A stretch of 49,370 nucleotides of DNA from Chloroflexota bacterium (lineage in GTDB: Bacteria; Chloroflexota; UBA5177). The stretch lies in NCBI GenBank assembly GCA_025449555.1, contig JANWJD010000030.1:1-49370 (forward strand), read 5' to 3'. Shown piece after piece: positions 46,226-49,370 of the stretch. The stretch's first letter is position 1, and each line of letters starts with the position of its first letter. The position numbers and the translations under genes are program-made. The notes beneath the pieces were generated by a model. It made no database searches and was not told the DNA's origin. It saw nothing but the letters and a program-made list of their open reading frames with translations.

Positions 46226-47212
46226 GTGGCTAGCGACGCCATAGCCCCGGTACGGTTGCATTCACGCCTACCGCCTCTCGTTTTGCCTATCCTCAGGGTG
46301 GAACGTGGCCTGCAAAACGACTCTCCACCATCCATAACGAACAAAGAGGCCCGCACGAAACAAATCGAGTTCGGAACGTCAAGCTTACTTGCGGACGGGG
46401 CCATGGGAACCGAACTCTTGCGACGTGGCCTACCGGCGTCGTGTTGTCTCGAAGCCGCCACGCTGACTCACCCCGACTTGGTGAGGTCAATCCATCGTGC
46501 GTACCGCACGGCAGGAGCGCAACTGCTGACCACGAACACCTTTGGTTCGAATCGCTTTCGGTTAGCGCGTCGCGGTCTGACCGACCATACCGGTGATTTC
46601 AATCGGGCAGCAGCGCGACTCACTCGCTCGATTGCGGGTGACGCCCTCATAGCCGGCTCGATCGGTCCCAGCGGCGAGCAGGACCGGCTTCCACCCGAGA
46701 ATGATCTGCGTGCTGCATTTCGTGAACAGGCGTCGGCGCTGGAACAGGGAGGGGTCGACCTATTTCTGTGCGAAACGTTTGGCGACCCGGGCGAATTGAG
46801 AGCGGCCGTGCTTGGGATCCGTGACATGTCTGCTCTTCCTATTATCGCCAGCATGTCCTACGGCCCTGATGGGCGCACGTTGACCGGGGTCGAACCGGCT
46901 GCCGTCGTCGGGACACTCGGTGATCTGGATATTACCGCCTTCGGTGCGAACTGCTGCATCGGCGATGGGACGATTGAGCAGGTCATCACTGCACTGCATG
47001 AGCTGACCGCACTGCCGCTGGTGGTTCGCCCGAATGCGGGTCAGCCAAGACTCGTCGGGGGGCGCTGGACGTATCCACTCGGCCCGCGGCAATTTGCTGA
47101 ACTGATAGCTCGCCTGAAGGGAGCAACCCGGCTGGTGGGAGGCTGTTGTGGTACCACGCCGGCACACATCGCCGCGCTGCACGACGGCTGGAACTCGATC
47201 GCGCCCAATTGA
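46226..47212 (+). CDS. Stand-alone homocysteine S-methyltransferase domain protein
   Basis: DGAMGT, TNTFG, GSIGP, ET, GANC, PNAG and GGCCGT Zn ligands. Start uncertain, possibly ACG at 46355. Confidence 0.88.
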   Translation: MASDAIAPVRLHSRLPPLVLPILRVERGLQNDSPPSITNKEARTKQIEFGTSSLLADGAMGTELLRRGLPASCCLEAATLTHPDLVRSIHRAYRTAGAQLLTTNTFGSNRFRLARRGLTDHTGDFNRAAARLTRSIAGDALIAGSIGPSGEQDRLPPENDLRAAFREQASALEQGGVDLFLCETFGDPGELRAAVLGIRDMSALPIIASMSYGPDGRTLTGVEPAAVVGTLGDLDITAFGANCCIGDGTIEQVITALHELTALPLVVRPNAGQPRLVGGRWTYPLGPRQFAELIARLKGATRLVGGCCGTTPAHIAALHDGWNSIAPN

Positions 47213-47242
47213 CACAGGGCGATCTGAAACGTCGGATCGTCG

Positions 47243-49090
47243 TTACCGCACGCCCGTGTCGCGTTCGCTCCGTGCCTGCACCTCATCTTCGGCCTGACGT
47301 GCCACGCGCTCAAGCAGGGCGCGATCGTCGACCTCCGGGAGATCGCGATAGTGGTTGGCAATCGGCAGGCGTCGATCCTTGCCGAAGGCGCGCGTGCTGA
47401 TCTTGATGCCGGGGGGCGCCTGTCGCCGTTTGTACTCGTTGTGGTCCACCATGTTGATCACCCGGGTCACTACCGCTGCGTCGTAGCCACGCGCCACGAT
47501 GTCGGATGCGCTGCGATCCTCTTCCACATAGAGCTTGAGAATAGAGTCGAGCACGTCGTACGGCGGTAACGAATCCTGATCCTTCTGCTCGGGCCGGAGC
47601 TCGGCGGACGGTGCCTTTTCGAGCACGGCGGCCGGGATGATCTCCCGGCCCGCCGATTCATTCTTGTACCGGGCCAACTCGTACACCTTGGTCTTGAACA
47701 CGTCCTTGAGCATCGAGAAGCCTCCCGCCATGTCACCGTAGAGCGTGCTATAGCCCACCGCCATCTCGCTCTTGTTCCCGGCGGTCAACACGATGCCACC
47801 GAACTTGTTGGTGAGTGCCATCCAGATGTTGCCGCGGATGCGGGCCTGGATATTCTCTTCGGCGAGGTCCATGGGACGGCCCTGGAACGGGCCCTCGAGC
47901 GTCTGCAGGTATGCTGCATAGATCTCCTCAATCGGAATGCTCGTGAACCGAATGCCCAGGTTCTCGGCCAGTGCCTGGGCATCGGTTCGGCTCCCCGCGG
48001 AGGAGTAGCGGGAGGGATTGGAGATGCCGAGGACGCACTCCGGCCCCAGCGCATCGACCGCCACGGCGGCGGTGAGACTGGAATCGATGCCTCCCGAGAG
48101 GCCGATGATGACCTGCCTGAAGCCGGATTTGCGGACGTAGTCACGTGTGCCGAGTACGAGCGCGCCATAGATCTCCTCCAGCGGCTCCGGCAAGGGGCAC
48201 AGGTGCGGCGGCAACGGGTCACGCGTCAGTCGTTCCAACGGCGCGGCGAGTGGCGTTGCCACGACCCGGCCGGGAGCATCCAGCCATGCGTCGGCGTGTA
48301 CCACGCTCTGGCGTCGCCGGGCATCATGCAGCCGGGCATTGAACACCGAGTCGACATCGAGATCGACCACCAGAAAATCTTCCGCAAAGAATGCACCGCG
48401 CTGCAGCAACGACCCGTCCTGATCGAACACCATACTGGCGCCTTCGAAGATCAATTCATCCTGACCGCCGACGGAATTGAGATAGCACACGTAGGTCAAC
48501 TCGTCCATCGCTCGGGTCGAGACCATGCGATAGCGCTGCTCGTACTTGCCGCTGCGGAAGGGGGAGGCATTGATGTTGAGGATCACCTCGGCGCCACTGA
48601 GTGCTTCCAGTGCGCCGGGGCCGACCGGGTACCAGATGTCCTCGCAAATCGTCACTCCCACCTTGACGCCGCGAATGGTATAGACGGCCCACTCGCTGCC
48701 GGCGCGGAAGTAGCGCTGCTCATCGAAGACCGAGTAGTTGGGCAGGTAGAACTTGCGGTGGCGTCCGACGATCTTCCCCTGCTGAATGATGGCGGCGGCG
48801 TTGTAGATGTCGCCGCCATCCGTGTCGACGAAACCGACCACGGCCGTGATATCGGCCACCGCCTCGGCGATGCGATCGAGTTGACGTAGGTTGTCTCGGA
48901 TGAATTCGGGCTTGAGGACCAGGTCTTCTGGTGGGTACCCGGTGACCGCCAACTCGGGGAACGCCACGATATCGGCGCCTGCTTCCTCGGCCCGCTTGAC
49001 CCACTCGATCATGCGGTCGGCGTTCTCTTCCAGCCCGCCCACCACCGTATTCATTTGTGCCAGAGCAACTCGCAGTGTGCGCATAGACAT
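47243..49090 (-). CDS. nadE: Glutamine-dependent NAD+ synthetase
   Basis: N-terminal glutaminase (FPEL, K..LPNY.VFDE.RYF, ICED) and synthetase (GLSGGIDS, ENIQARIR, PSAELRP.QKD, EYKRRQ). Confidence 0.97.
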   Translation of the reverse strand: MSMRTLRVALAQMNTVVGGLEENADRMIEWVKRAEEAGADIVAFPELAVTGYPPEDLVLKPEFIRDNLRQLDRIAEAVADITAVVGFVDTDGGDIYNAAAIIQQGKIVGRHRKFYLPNYSVFDEQRYFRAGSEWAVYTIRGVKVGVTICEDIWYPVGPGALEALSGAEVILNINASPFRSGKYEQRYRMVSTRAMDELTYVCYLNSVGGQDELIFEGASMVFDQDGSLLQRGAFFAEDFLVVDLDVDSVFNARLHDARRRQSVVHADAWLDAPGRVVATPLAAPLERLTRDPLPPHLCPLPEPLEEIYGALVLGTRDYVRKSGFRQVIIGLSGGIDSSLTAAVAVDALGPECVLGISNPSRYSSAGSRTDAQALAENLGIRFTSIPIEEIYAAYLQTLEGPFQGRPMDLAEENIQARIRGNIWMALTNKFGGIVLTAGNKSEMAVGYSTLYGDMAGGFSMLKDVFKTKVYELARYKNESAGREIIPAAVLEKAPSAELRPEQKDQDSLPPYDVLDSILKLYVEEDRSASDIVARGYDAAVVTRVINMVDHNEYKRRQAPPGIKISTRAFGKDRRLPIANHYRDLPEVDDRALLERVARQAEDEVQARSERDTGVR

Positions 49091-49370
49091 AGTTCCGATC
49101 CGTGCCGTACTTTCCGCTATTCTACCGACCGGTCGCGGAGCGTAGGCTGTTTCCGCATCGAAGCCCTACGGACGCGTTCTTCGTACTGCATCCGAGTTTC
49201 GAGTTATTCAGTAACCAACCATGCATCAGTGGCGCTACTTCCGGTATACGTCATTAAGACAGATTCGCCCCTGCTTTGCGTCAGACCAAGGGCGAGACAC
49301 AATCTGGGTCTATGACCCACATTTCCCCGGCGAATGCCGAGTTCGCGATCGTCTCTTTTGAGGGACCGGA

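Noticed and set aside
5598-49090. Long antisense or alternate-frame ORFs (e.g. 6036-6953, 9720-10733, 11689-12675, 32122-32919, 35470-36549, 43176-44015, 45205-46083)
   Set aside because: They are shadows of well-supported genes in GC-rich DNA, with no motifs or RBS.
49261-49310. GACGCAAAGC (minus strand) resembling a c-di-GMP-I riboswitch upstream of nadE
   Set aside because: There is no preceding GCAAA plus GNRA-capped P2 stem, so the match is an isolated 10-mer.
1-49370. CRISPR arrays, IS elements, prophage, defence systems, tRNA and rRNA genes
   Set aside because: I saw no regularly spaced repeats, transposase, integrase or phage motifs, or tRNA/rRNA signatures by eye.

Overview
GC-rich bacterial chromosomal window, mostly core metabolism. 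Gene content suggests a monoderm soil bacterium such as a Chloroflexota member, but that is inference. From left to right it holds: a System I cytochrome c maturation operon (ccmABCDEF plus partial ccmG, minus strand) headed by an encapsulated-ferritin-like gene with no adjacent encapsulin; an MprF-type synthase; a 10-gene aromatic amino acid super-operon (aroF-tyrA-aroA-aroE-aroC-aroKB-aroQ-aroH-trpE-trpG); a thiol-redox group (PIG-L deacetylase, trxA, HxlR/HypR-like regulator); an orphan OppA; two secreted multi-domain proteins; a NarL-type two-component module; an atypical YchF; an acyl-CoA ligase and dehydrogenase; ftsB, holA and rpsT; split glcE and glcF-glcD; a nitrilase, an amidohydrolase, a homocysteine methyltransferase and nadE. 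The strongest unannotated signal is an attenuator ahead of the aro/trp operon: a sigma70 promoter, a 20-codon leader peptide containing Tyr-Tyr-Trp-Phe-Tyr (all three aromatic amino acids) and two tandem U-tailed hairpins. Other features missed by the ORF track are a roughly 170-nt rod-shaped ncRNA candidate (6S-like), a promoter plus two-hairpin sRNA candidate next to a DnaA-box cluster, a uORF coupled to the nitrilase, small ORFs, and probable non-canonical ATT and ACG start codons. I saw no rRNA, tRNA, CRISPR array or mobile element. All calls come from motif reading by eye; no database searches were run.
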